Part shown: piece after piece, positions 28,551 through 37,276 of the stretch
Layout: each line of letters begins with the position of its first letter
Position numbering within the stretch: position 1 is the first letter of the stretch
NCBI GenBank assembly: GCA_947168625.1
Contig: CAMVMQ010000002.1
Location: forward strand, 1-52,651
DNA: 52,651 bases
Direction of reading: 5' to 3'
DNA from: an uncultured Bacillales bacterium
Lineage (GTDB): Bacteria > Bacillota_I > Bacilli_A > RF39 > UBA660
Position numbers and translations under genes: made by a program
Notes under the pieces: generated by a model
Told to the model about the DNA's origin: nothing
Seen by the model: the letters and a program-made list of their open reading frames with translations, nothing else
Databases searched by the model: none

Positions 28551-28606
28551 TCTAATACTGGGTTATGGAGAAGTAACTTGTTACTTCGGGTAGCGAAGCG
28601 GTTAAA
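28540..28606 (+). repeat. structured intergenic element, copy B1
   Basis: TAGAAGA...TATGGAG, hairpin GAAGTAA/TTACTTC, then GGGTAGCGAAGCGGTTAAA. Inverted relative to copies A1 and A2. Confidence 0.7.
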
Positions 28607-28617
28607 TAAAAAAAGTA

Positions 28618-28646
28618 TTGTAAAATATATAATTATATGGTAAAAT
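28618..28646 (+). promoter_or_regulatory. sigma-A-like promoter of the T-box leader
   Basis: TTGTAA, 17 nt spacer, TAAAAT. Confidence 0.5.
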
Positions 28647-28652
28647 CTTGTT

Positions 28653-28858
28653 GTAAAGCGATGAAGGAAAGAGTAATTACTTAGTATTTTATAGAGAGTC
28701 TATGATGGTGGAAAATAGATAGTGAAAGGTATTATAAATGGTTCTGGAGCTGTTATATCTAATAGGTGTAAACGGTAGCGCGTTATAGCTTAATGAGTTA
28801 AAGAAGTAAGGTGGTACCACGGATATATTTCGTCCTTTGTGTTACTATCTTTTTTTTT
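28653..28858 (+). promoter_or_regulatory. T-box riboswitch leader, probable Met specifier
   Basis: Stem I elements (AGCGATGA, AGAGAG, GGTGGAAA distal loop, CTGGAGC), candidate specifier AUG at 28738..28740, and T-box sequence AAGTAAGGTGGTACCACGG at 28804..28822. Terminator GTACCACGGA/TTTGTGTTAC plus T9 at 28814..28858. Confidence 0.8.
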
Positions 28859-28871
28859 GGAGATGATTGTT

Positions 28872-29354
28872 ATGAGAAGATTTGAAAAGGTTAAAGAAGA
28901 AGTATTTATTAGAGATATTCCTGATGGTAATTATGATGATATAATACTTCCTAAAAGGAGTACTAAATATTCTGCAGGATATGATTTTTATAGTATTCTT
29001 GATTTTACTTTGAATCCAGGAGAAAGAAAGATTATTCCTACTGGTATTAAGTGTATGATGGAAGATAATGAATACTTAGCTATTTATATAAGGAGTAGTC
29101 TTGGTTTTAAATATAACATTCGGATGTGTAATCAGGTAGGTATTATTGATAAAGATTATTATGGAAATAAAGAGAATGATGGTCATATTATGGTAGCTCT
29201 TAAAAATGAAGGAGATAAGGTATTAAAAATGAAGAAAGGTGATAGGTTTGTTCAAGGTATATTTACTCCTTACTTTATTACTGATGATGATATGGCTATA
29301 GGGGATAGAATAGGTGGTATTGGTAGTACGAATGGAGATGAAAAAGATGAATAA
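28872..29354 (+). CDS. dut: dUTP diphosphatase (trimeric dUTPase family)
   Basis: Motifs AGYDFYS, GIIDKDYYG and RIGGIGSTNG. GGAGA SD sits 8 nt before ATG 28872. The ORF-track start 28839 lies inside the T-box terminator. Confidence 0.85.
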   Translation: MRRFEKVKEEVFIRDIPDGNYDDIILPKRSTKYSAGYDFYSILDFTLNPGERKIIPTGIKCMMEDNEYLAIYIRSSLGFKYNIRMCNQVGIIDKDYYGNKENDGHIMVALKNEGDKVLKMKKGDRFVQGIFTPYFITDDDMAIGDRIGGIGSTNGDEKDE

Positions 29355-30897
29355 AAAGTTTTATATTAGTACGGCAATTGCATATACTAGTGCTAAACCG
29401 CATATTGGTAATACTTATGAGATAGTATTAACTGATGCTATTGCTAGGTATAAGAGATTAAGTGGGTATGATGTTTATTTTCAGACTGGTACTGATGAAC
29501 ATGGTGAAAAGATAGAGATTAAGGCTAAAGAAAAAGGAGTTAGTCCACAGGAATATGTTGATGAAGTTGCTGGAGAAATTAAAAATATTTGGGATATTAT
29601 GAATACTAGTTATGATAGATTTATTAGAACTACGGATAAGAATCATGAAAGAGTAGTACAAGATATTTTTAAGAAGTTATATGAACAAGGAGATATTTAT
29701 AAAGGAGAATATAAAGGTTTATATTGTACTCCATGTGAATCTTTTTGGACGGAGAGTCAACTTATAGATGGTAAATGTCCTGATTGTGGTAGAAAAGTAC
29801 ATGAGTCTAGTGAAGAAGCATATTTCTTAAGAACTAGTAAGTATTCTAAGTGGTTAGAAGATTATATTGAAAGTCATCCTGGATTTATTGAACCGGAATC
29901 TAGAAAGAATGAAATTATGAATAATTTTATTAAACCTGGACTACAAGATTTATGTGTATCTAGAACTTCTTTTAAATGGGGTATTCCTGTATCTTTTGAT
30001 ACTAATCATGTAGTCTATGTATGGATTGATGCACTATCTAATTATATTACTTTCTTAGGATATAATGTACGCGGTGAACTAGGTGAAGAATTTAAGAAAT
30101 ATTGGCCATGTGATGTACATATTATTGGTAAAGATATTCTTAGATTTCATACGATATATTGGCCTATTATTCTTCATTTATTAGGACTTGATCTTCCTCA
30201 TAAGATATTTGGTCATCCTTGGCTTTTATTTAGTAATGATAAGATGAGTAAGAGTAAGGGTAATATTACTTATGCTGATGATTTAGTTAATGAATTTGGA
30301 GTAGATGCTGTTAGATTTTATATGTTACATGAAATTCCTTTTGCTTCAGATGGTAATTATACGAGAGAATTATTAATTGATTCTATTAATAGTAATCTTG
30401 CTAATGTGCTTGGTAATTTAGTTAATAGAACGATTGGTATGGCTAATAAGTATTTTGATGGTATTATTACTAATACTAATACTAATACTAATACTAATAC
30501 TTGTGAAGATATTGATACTGAGTTTAAAAATTATGTTATAGGTAAGAAAAATATTATAGATGACAAAATGGATAATCTTAGAGTAGCTGATGCTTTAGAG
30601 GAAGTTATTGATTTATTTAGAAGATGTAATAAATATATTGATGAAACTACTCCTTGGGTACTTGCTAAAGATGAGAGTAAGAAGGATAGACTTAATACTG
30701 TTATCTATAATTTAGTTGAGGGTATTAGAATAGGAGCAGTACTACTTCAAGCCTTTATGCCTGAGACTAGTGAAAAGATCTTTTATCAGATTAATACTGA
30801 TTTTAAAGGTTTTGATAGTATAGAAGAGTTTGGTGGATATAAATCAGGTACTAAGGTTAATAATCCTGAAGTATTATTTCAAAGAATAGAGAACTAG
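29347..30897 (+). CDS. metG: methionine--tRNA ligase (short form without C-terminal tRNA-binding domain)
   Basis: HIGN signature (KPHIGNTYE), KMSKS (DKMSKSKGN), zinc knuckles CTPCE and CPDCG. ATG 29347 overlaps the dut stop (ATGAATAA). Confidence 0.95.
   Translation: MNKKFYISTAIAYTSAKPHIGNTYEIVLTDAIARYKRLSGYDVYFQTGTDEHGEKIEIKAKEKGVSPQEYVDEVAGEIKNIWDIMNTSYDRFIRTTDKNHERVVQDIFKKLYEQGDIYKGEYKGLYCTPCESFWTESQLIDGKCPDCGRKVHESSEEAYFLRTSKYSKWLEDYIESHPGFIEPESRKNEIMNNFIKPGLQDLCVSRTSFKWGIPVSFDTNHVVYVWIDALSNYITFLGYNVRGELGEEFKKYWPCDVHIIGKDILRFHTIYWPIILHLLGLDLPHKIFGHPWLLFSNDKMSKSKGNITYADDLVNEFGVDAVRFYMLHEIPFASDGNYTRELLIDSINSNLANVLGNLVNRTIGMANKYFDGIITNTNTNTNTNTCEDIDTEFKNYVIGKKNIIDDKMDNLRVADALEEVIDLFRRCNKYIDETTPWVLAKDESKKDRLNTVIYNLVEGIRIGAVLLQAFMPETSEKIFYQINTDFKGFDSIEEFGGYKSGTKVNNPEVLFQRIEN
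30469..30501 (+). repeat. in-frame hexanucleotide microsatellite (ACTAAT)5 inside metG
   Basis: Encodes TNTNTNTNTNT. Perfect tandem copies. Confidence 0.9.
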
Positions 30898-31018
30898 TTT
30901 CTCTTTTTTTTATGTAAATGAATGTGTAAAATTAAAAAAATGATATTTACAGGGTAAAAAATATATGGTATATTTTGGGAGTAGTGCCCTAAAAAGAAGA
31001 AAAGGAGATAGAAGGGTT

Positions 31019-31180
31019 ATGCTTAAAGCTAGGGATATTCATATGGAAATACTTTCTAGTATATTTATATTGTTATTAGTAGTTTTAGCAGTATTTAATA
31101 AGAATAGAATTGATTATATATATTTAGGGTTTATTTTTATTCTTATTTTTAAAAATTTTATTGAAAGATTTAGAAAATAA
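31019..31180 (+). CDS. small hypothetical membrane protein
   Basis: One or two hydrophobic segments (ILSSIFILLLVVLAVF, YLGFIFILIF). Start uncertain (ORF track 30965; ATG 31019 follows AAGGAGA). Confidence 0.4.
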   Translation: MLKARDIHMEILSSIFILLLVVLAVFNKNRIDYIYLGFIFILIFKNFIERFRK

Positions 31181-31224
31181 TTGTACTATGGTTATAGTAT
31201 GATTTTTTTGTTGGAGGAGATAAT

Positions 31225-31986
31225 ATGTATATAGACACACACTGTCATTTATACAAAGAATATTATAATAATATAGATGATGTTATTAATGAGTGTAAGG
31301 AAGTAGGAGTTACAAAATTTATTGTTAATGGATGTGATATGAGAAGTAATATAGAGACTATTGAACTTGCTAATATGTATGATGATATTTATGCTGCGAT
31401 TGGTTTTCATCCGACGGAACTTGCTGATTTTAAAGATGAGTATTTTTCTTGGTTAGAAGATCATATTAATGATAAGAAGGTTGTAGCTATTGGTGAGATT
31501 GGTCTTGATTATCACTATAATGATACAGACAAAGAAAAAGAAATTTATGTTTTTAGAAGACAACTAGATATTGCTAAAAAATATAATAAACCTATTATAG
31601 TTCACAGTAGGGATTCTATTCAAGATACATTAGATATTTTGAAAGAATATAAGTTGAAAGGAAGTATTCATGCTTTTAATGGTTCGTTAGAAATGGCTAG
31701 AGAATTTATTAAATTAGGGTATATGATTGGTATAGGGGGAGTTGTTACCTTTAAAAATGCTAAAAATATTAAAGATGTAGTAAATGATACTGATTTATCA
31801 TATATATTATTAGAGACAGATAGTCCATATCTTACTCCTGAACCATATAGAGGTACTATAAATAGTCCTAAATATATACCTTTAATTGCTAAGTGTATTG
31901 GTGATATTAAAGGGAAATCTACTACCGATATTTTAAGGGTTACAGCTGATAATGCTAGTAGGCTATTTGACTTTTTAAATAAATGA
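31225..31986 (+). CDS. tatD: TatD family metal-dependent hydrolase (YabD)
   Basis: DTHCHL, GEIGLDYH, IVHSRD and ETDSPYL motifs. Follows metG as in Bacillus. Confidence 0.92.
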   Translation: MYIDTHCHLYKEYYNNIDDVINECKEVGVTKFIVNGCDMRSNIETIELANMYDDIYAAIGFHPTELADFKDEYFSWLEDHINDKKVVAIGEIGLDYHYNDTDKEKEIYVFRRQLDIAKKYNKPIIVHSRDSIQDTLDILKEYKLKGSIHAFNGSLEMAREFIKLGYMIGIGGVVTFKNAKNIKDVVNDTDLSYILLETDSPYLTPEPYRGTINSPKYIPLIAKCIGDIKGKSTTDILRVTADNASRLFDFLNK

Positions 31987-32033
31987 TGATACAATTAATA
32001 TGCTTATAAAATATTAATGAGGTGATTATTTGT

Positions 32034-32801
32034 ATGAAAGATAAGCTCGTTAGGATTATTACTGTTTCTTCATTAATTATGGTTGTTGGTTTATTTTCTG
32101 CATTTACGTTATATAGCAATAATGATAGTAATCAAATTGTATTTGTAGCAGAAAATAATAATTTTAAGAAGATGGATAATAATACTCTTCTTAGATTTGA
32201 TGATTCTTTTAAGTTAAAAGAAAGTATTGAAAATAGTGATAGTAAAACTATTGAAAATTTAGTAGATATTAAAGAAGAAGTTAAAGTTGAAGAAAAAATT
32301 TCTGATACACCAGTAGAAGTGAAAACTAAAAAAGTAATTTCAAAAACTAGTGATGATCAAAATGGGAATGTTAATATTACTTCAGATAGTGATAACACTG
32401 ATCAGAGTAATAATAATAATAATTCTATTTCTTTAAAAGAAGAGAGAGCAGTTATTCAGACGGTAACTGGTACTCTAACAGGATATGGTGCAGATTGTTA
32501 TGGATGTTCTGGGATTACTAGTAGTGGTTTTAATTTAAAAAAATCGATTTATTATAATGATAGTGAATTTGGTTCGGTAAGAGTATTAGCTGCTGATCCT
32601 TCATTTCCTTTTTATTCGATTATTCGAATTAGTAATGTTCCTGGTATGGATAGTTTTCTAGGTATTGTTCTTGACAGAGGTGGTAATGTTGGATATGGTA
32701 GAGGAACTTTATTTGATTTAGCTTTTAGTAGTGAAAGAGATCCTAATTTAATTCCTTTAACTACAAATGTAACTTTTGAACTTTTAAGAAGTGGTAGATA
32801 A
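32034..32801 (+). CDS. 3D-domain (RlpA-like double-psi beta-barrel) cell-wall protein, YabE-like
   Basis: N-terminal anchor, low-complexity linker, then C-terminal GTLTGYGADCYGCSGITSSG...VLAADPSFPFYSIIRI...VLDRGG. Synteny after tatD. Confidence 0.65.
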   Translation: MKDKLVRIITVSSLIMVVGLFSAFTLYSNNDSNQIVFVAENNNFKKMDNNTLLRFDDSFKLKESIENSDSKTIENLVDIKEEVKVEEKISDTPVEVKTKKVISKTSDDQNGNVNITSDSDNTDQSNNNNNSISLKEERAVIQTVTGTLTGYGADCYGCSGITSSGFNLKKSIYYNDSEFGSVRVLAADPSFPFYSIIRISNVPGMDSFLGIVLDRGGNVGYGRGTLFDLAFSSERDPNLIPLTTNVTFELLRSGR

Positions 32802-32864
32802 CTTCTTTTTTTTTGACAACTTTTTCTTTATGTATATCATATACTTGAATGGGAGATACTAAAT

Positions 32865-33785
32865 ATGAGAAAACTAGTTATTTATACTTTAATAATTGTT
32901 GTTATTCCTTTTTTCGTTGTAATATTTTTTGATATTAATAAAAGAGAAGTAGTCAAGCTTAACTATGTATCTAATAAGATTATTAGAGTTAAGAGAGAAG
33001 ATAGTGGTGAAATTATTTATTTGCCATTAGAAGAGTATTTGGTTGGTGTTTTGGCTGGAGAAATGCCTATATATTTTGAAAAAGAGGCTTTTAAAGCACA
33101 GGCTGTAGCTGCTCGTAGTTATGCAATGAAGAAAATGGAATATAATAAGGATTTAGATTATGATGTTGTTGATACTGTAATTAATCAAGTTTATTTAGAT
33201 AATAATTATCTTAAACAAGCATGGGATGATAAATATACTATTAATATTAATAAATTGAGAGAAGTTGTTAACGAAACCCAAAATGAATGTTTAACTTATA
33301 ATAATGAAATTATTGATGCTTTATTTTTTTCTACAAGTAATGGATATACGGAATCTTCTTCACTAGTTTTTAATAATGATATTCCATATTTGGTAAGCGT
33401 TAAGTCTTCTTGGGATGAAAAAACTTCAAGTGCTTTTAGAAGTAGGCTTTCTTTTGACATAAAAGATTTTTATAGCATGATAGGTCTTAAATATAGTGAT
33501 AAGTTGGTTATAAAAAATATTAAAAGAAGTAGCACTAATAGGGTAATTAGTTTATCCATTAATGATAAGGAGTTTAGTGGAAGAACTTTATATGAAAAAC
33601 TTGGTCTTAAATCTACTGATTTTACGATATCACAGGACAATGATATGGTTATCTTTGATATGATTGGTTATGGACATGGAGTTGGTATGAGTCAGTATGG
33701 AGCAGAAGGTATGGCACTTGATGGTTATAGTTATATTGATATTCTAAAGTATTATTATACTGGCACTGAATTAAAAAAAATTTAA
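32865..33785 (+). CDS. spoIID: stage II sporulation protein D (SpoIID/LytB domain)
   Basis: KAQAVAARSYA, ALFFSTSNGYTE and GHGVGMSQYGA motifs, with an N-terminal anchor. Confidence 0.85.
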   Translation: MRKLVIYTLIIVVIPFFVVIFFDINKREVVKLNYVSNKIIRVKREDSGEIIYLPLEEYLVGVLAGEMPIYFEKEAFKAQAVAARSYAMKKMEYNKDLDYDVVDTVINQVYLDNNYLKQAWDDKYTININKLREVVNETQNECLTYNNEIIDALFFSTSNGYTESSSLVFNNDIPYLVSVKSSWDEKTSSAFRSRLSFDIKDFYSMIGLKYSDKLVIKNIKRSSTNRVISLSINDKEFSGRTLYEKLGLKSTDFTISQDNDMVIFDMIGYGHGVGMSQYGAEGMALDGYSYIDILKYYYTGTELKKI

Positions 33786-33840
33786 ATATATGTATATTAT
33801 TTCAGTTTTAGGAGAAAATTATAACTGAGGTGATAAATAT

Positions 33841-34482
33841 ATGTTTAATAGAAGAATAAAGAAAATGATGATACCAGTATTATATGGTATATGTGTTTTG
33901 GGATTTGCTTTAACTATGTATTTTGCAGGTAAAATATCTTATCGTTATTTATTTAATAAGAATAAGGATTTGGAGTATGTTGATGGAGAAATAACTGATT
34001 CTATTGATAGAAACGTTCCTGTTGTTAGTACTAGTTCTGCTATTGGAAGACCTTATTTGGATAATAATGTTTCTCTTGGCAAATCTTTTTATGATTATAA
34101 AGGTGATGAAGAAACTCAAGAAAAATCGATTATTTTATATGAGAATACATACATGCAAAATTCTGGGGATGATTATGTTTCTGAAAATGTTTTTGATATC
34201 ATTAGTATTTTAGATGGTACTGTTACAATGGTAAAAGACGATAATATTCTTGGTAAAACAGTTGAAATCAAACATAGTAATGATCTTATTAGTGTTTATC
34301 AGAGCCTTTCTGAGGTTAGTGTTAATGAGGGAGATGAAGTAATACTAGGACAGATTATTGGCAAAAGTGGATATTCTGATATAAATAAAGATTTAGGAAA
34401 TCATTTACATTTTGAGCTTTATTATAAAGGTGCTATTGTTAACCCTGAAGAGTATTATAATAAAGATATTAATGAATTATAG
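33841..34482 (+). CDS. M23 (LytM) family peptidase, SpoIIQ-like membrane-anchored
   Basis: N-terminal TM helix. M23 motifs HSNDLISVYQSL and GNHLHFELYYKG (HxH intact). Position next to spoIID. Confidence 0.75.
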   Translation: MFNRRIKKMMIPVLYGICVLGFALTMYFAGKISYRYLFNKNKDLEYVDGEITDSIDRNVPVVSTSSAIGRPYLDNNVSLGKSFYDYKGDEETQEKSIILYENTYMQNSGDDYVSENVFDIISILDGTVTMVKDDNILGKTVEIKHSNDLISVYQSLSEVSVNEGDEVILGQIIGKSGYSDINKDLGNHLHFELYYKGAIVNPEEYYNKDINEL

Positions 34483-34599
34483 GCTGTAAAATGCCTTTTT
34501 TTAATAGTATGAGATATTTGTTGATATTTAGGTGTAAAATATTTAAAAATAACTATAAAAAATATGTAAAATATGGTAAAATGTTTATGAGGAAGGTGA

Positions 34600-35598
34600 T
34601 TGCCAGTGTTTAACAAGGATATTGGAATTGATTTGGGAACTGCAAATGTACTTATATATATTAAGGGACAGGGTATTGTACTTAATGAGCCATCGGTGGT
34701 AGCTATTGATGCTGATACTAAAAGGCCTTTAGCTGTAGGAACTGAGGCTCACGAAATGCTTGGAAGAACACCTGGTAAAGTTAAGGCTATTAAACCTATG
34801 AAAGATGGTGTAATAGCAGATTTTGAAACAACAGAGATTATGCTTAATTATTTTATTAAGAAAGTTAATGGTAAAAGTTTTTTCTCTAGACCTAGAATTT
34901 TGATTTGTTGTCCTAGTAATATTACTCAAGTTGAAAAAAATGCTATTAAAGAGGCAGCTGAAAGAACTGGAGCTAAGAAAGTATATTTAGAAGAAGAGCC
35001 CAAAGTTGCTTCGATTGGAGCTGGTATGGATATTTCTAAACCTAGTGGTAATATGGTTATTGATATTGGTGGTGGAACTACTGATATTGCTATTTTATCT
35101 TTAGGTGGTATTGTTAACAGTTCTTCAATTAGAATTGCTGGTAATGCTTTTGATAGTGATATTGTTAAATATATTAAGGATAAATATAAGTTACTTGTTG
35201 GAGAGAGAACTGCTGAGGATATTAAGATATCTATTGGTACTGTTTTTCCTGGTTCAAGAAATGAGAAGATGGAAGTTAGAGGAAGAGACTTGGTTACTGG
35301 ACTTCCACATACAATTACGCTTATTAGTGATGAAGTTGAAGAGGCATTAAGAGAGAGCGTTTATACAATAATTCATGCTGTTAAAGGAATATTAGAACAA
35401 ACTCCTCCTGAATTATCCGCTGATATTATTGATAAAGGCATTGTTCTTACTGGTGGTGGAGCTATGGTTGATGGTTTTTCTCAAATACTTAGTCAAGAAC
35501 TTAAGGTACCTGTTTTTATTGCGGAATCTCCACTTACTTGCGTGGCTGAAGGTACAGGAATTCTTTTAGATAATTTATATATGTTAGAAAGGCAATAA
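34600..35598 (+). CDS. mreB: rod-shape determining actin homologue MreB/Mbl
   Basis: DIGIDLGTANVLIY, DIGGGTTDIAILSLGG, LTGGGA. Start is TTG 34600 or, more likely given GGAAGGTGA, GTG 34606. Confidence 0.93.
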   Translation: MPVFNKDIGIDLGTANVLIYIKGQGIVLNEPSVVAIDADTKRPLAVGTEAHEMLGRTPGKVKAIKPMKDGVIADFETTEIMLNYFIKKVNGKSFFSRPRILICCPSNITQVEKNAIKEAAERTGAKKVYLEEEPKVASIGAGMDISKPSGNMVIDIGGGTTDIAILSLGGIVNSSSIRIAGNAFDSDIVKYIKDKYKLLVGERTAEDIKISIGTVFPGSRNEKMEVRGRDLVTGLPHTITLISDEVEEALRESVYTIIHAVKGILEQTPPELSADIIDKGIVLTGGGAMVDGFSQILSQELKVPVFIAESPLTCVAEGTGILLDNLYMLERQ

Positions 35599-35615
35599 TT
35601 GATATTGCTTTTTTT
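35592..35615 (+). terminator. terminator after mreB/mbl
   Basis: GCAATA-ATTGA-TATTGC hairpin plus T7. Confidence 0.55.
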
Positions 35616-35620
35616 GTTTA

Positions 35621-35647
35621 TAAAAAAAAAGATTTTATGCAAATCTT
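35621..35647 (-). terminator. terminator of the minus-strand 500-aa gene
   Basis: On the minus strand, AAGATTT-GCATA-AAATCTT is followed by T9. It overlaps the stop codon. Confidence 0.55.
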
Positions 35648-37137
35648 CTTCCTCCTTTGTGGGCATTTTCAGTTAGTTCTTCAAAAAAATCTTTTTCAAA
35701 TACCTCATCACTTATAAGTAAGTCTTGATTCCTTTTACACATGTTAGGATATGTGTCTTTTGGATTATCTTCTTTTTTTATGAATGCTCCTATTATGGCA
35801 TATTCATTGTCTTTTATGTTTTTATATATTATTCTTATTTGATCATCTCTTATTTCAGAATAACCACGTACTTTGTTTGATTCGGTCAATTCTTTTGACT
35901 GTGATGGCATTAGTTTTCCTTTTTTAAATAATACTAAAAGTTCTCTTAATCCGTTATATGCATCTTTTGGAAATGATTGAGATTTTACATCATCTGATAA
36001 GTATGGCCTACCCGATGGCTTTACACAGTAAAATAATTTATTAACATCTTGATCATCTTGTATTCTTTTATATTCTTCATAATATTTTGCTAATTCTGTA
36101 TCCATAACTTTTCTGATGGTAAGATAATTTTTAATTGTTTCTTTATACATTTCTACTAATGTAATACGGTCTTCTTTATTGCTGTAATTATTATAATTCT
36201 GTAGTTCTTCTTGTTCATCAAGTAAATCGTTTTGGTATATTTTTAGAAGAGTAATATAGAAATATTTTATTTCACTAATTGTGTAATTATTGTCAAATGA
36301 TAGATCTCCGTTATATTTTGGAAGCATATCAATTGTTATCTCATCTATTCCTTGCTCTCTAATTATTTGTATTAGTTCTTTTAATTCTTTTTTTCTTTCA
36401 TTATCAATCCAGGATATATCATTGAATTTTTCGTATCCCATTTCAACAATATTTATTATGCGATCTTTTTTATTTGAATCAATTTTTGAATTATTATAAT
36501 ATACAGTGTTGTTATGATTATGTAGGTGTTCAAATAAAATAATTTTTTCTTTATCAGAAAGATGTTTTCTATCAAATAGTTTTTCAAGCAGTGAAAAATG
36601 ATAGGCAGTTACTAGTGTTTCTTCTCTCTTTTTAAACTTACAATTTCCTTTGTATTTTTTCCATATATAATAGTTATGCTTTAAATTGTCTGCTATTTCC
36701 TTATATACGTTAATTTCTTTTTCTGTCACTTCTGGCATTAATGAAAGCAATTTTGCATTTTCTTTTATTAGTTCATTCTCAAATAGTTTTTTTATTTTTT
36801 CTATATATTTTTTTTGTTTTTCATATTCTTTTTCGTCATATTTTTTTGGATTTATATTATAATTTTGGCAAATCGTATTTGCTTTTAATACTTTGTCAGA
36901 TATTGTTTGTGCTGCTTTTTCATTTGAACCTAAAAACATTTTAATTACCATATCAACTAATATAAAGTTGTCATCAATCCTTGTGTAATCGTTTGTTTCC
37001 AATAATGAAATAGTGTCTTTAATTAAATTAATATCTGATTTTTTTAGTTTTTGTTCTTGCTGTTTACTGTAGTAATTTTCAATCTCTATTTCAAGTAGAT
37101 TAATAATTGCCTCTAAATTTAATTCTTTTAGTTCCAT
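35635..37137 (-). CDS. hypothetical 500-aa protein: long Lys/Glu-rich helical N-region plus RelE/ParE(Gp49/HigB)-like C-terminal module
   Basis: The C-terminal ~110 aa show a toxin-fold pattern (FYCVKPSGRPYLSDDV..., KELTESNKVRGYSEIRDDQIRIIYKNIKDNEYAIIGAFIKKED) resembling the L.G..ELR.GDYRIIY....I.I..F.KK signature. AGGAAG sits 6 nt before ATG 37137. No domain recognised in residues 1-370. Confidence 0.6.
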   Translation of the reverse strand: MELKELNLEAIINLLEIEIENYYSKQQEQKLKKSDINLIKDTISLLETNDYTRIDDNFILVDMVIKMFLGSNEKAAQTISDKVLKANTICQNYNINPKKYDEKEYEKQKKYIEKIKKLFENELIKENAKLLSLMPEVTEKEINVYKEIADNLKHNYYIWKKYKGNCKFKKREETLVTAYHFSLLEKLFDRKHLSDKEKIILFEHLHNHNNTVYYNNSKIDSNKKDRIINIVEMGYEKFNDISWIDNERKKELKELIQIIREQGIDEITIDMLPKYNGDLSFDNNYTISEIKYFYITLLKIYQNDLLDEQEELQNYNNYSNKEDRITLVEMYKETIKNYLTIRKVMDTELAKYYEEYKRIQDDQDVNKLFYCVKPSGRPYLSDDVKSQSFPKDAYNGLRELLVLFKKGKLMPSQSKELTESNKVRGYSEIRDDQIRIIYKNIKDNEYAIIGAFIKKEDNPKDTYPNMCKRNQDLLISDEVFEKDFFEELTENAHKGGRRFA

Positions 37138-37157
37138 TAACATCTTCCTTTCTATTT

Positions 37158-37171
37158 ATATTGTACAATAT
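37158..37171. promoter_or_regulatory. 14-bp perfect palindrome ATATTGTACAATAT in the 5' region of the 500-aa gene
   Basis: Lies about 20 nt upstream of the start codon, overlapping -10-like TACAAT/TATAAAT on the minus strand. Possible operator. Confidence 0.3.
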
Positions 37172-37276
37172 TTTTATTTGATGCGCAATGATGTTTTTTT
37201 TGTTGTGTAAAGTTAGCGTTAAATTATATACTTTTTGTTTTTAGTATGATAAAATGATTTTGGAAGGATGATTGTT

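Noticed and set aside
28540-28606. A tRNA gene, because GGGTAGCGAAGCGGTTAAA looks like a tRNA-Tyr-type D-arm.
   Set aside because: No anticodon stem-loop, no GGTTCGAATCC-type T-arm and no acceptor 3' strand follow. Only a fragment-like similarity is present, so it is reported as a repeat element.
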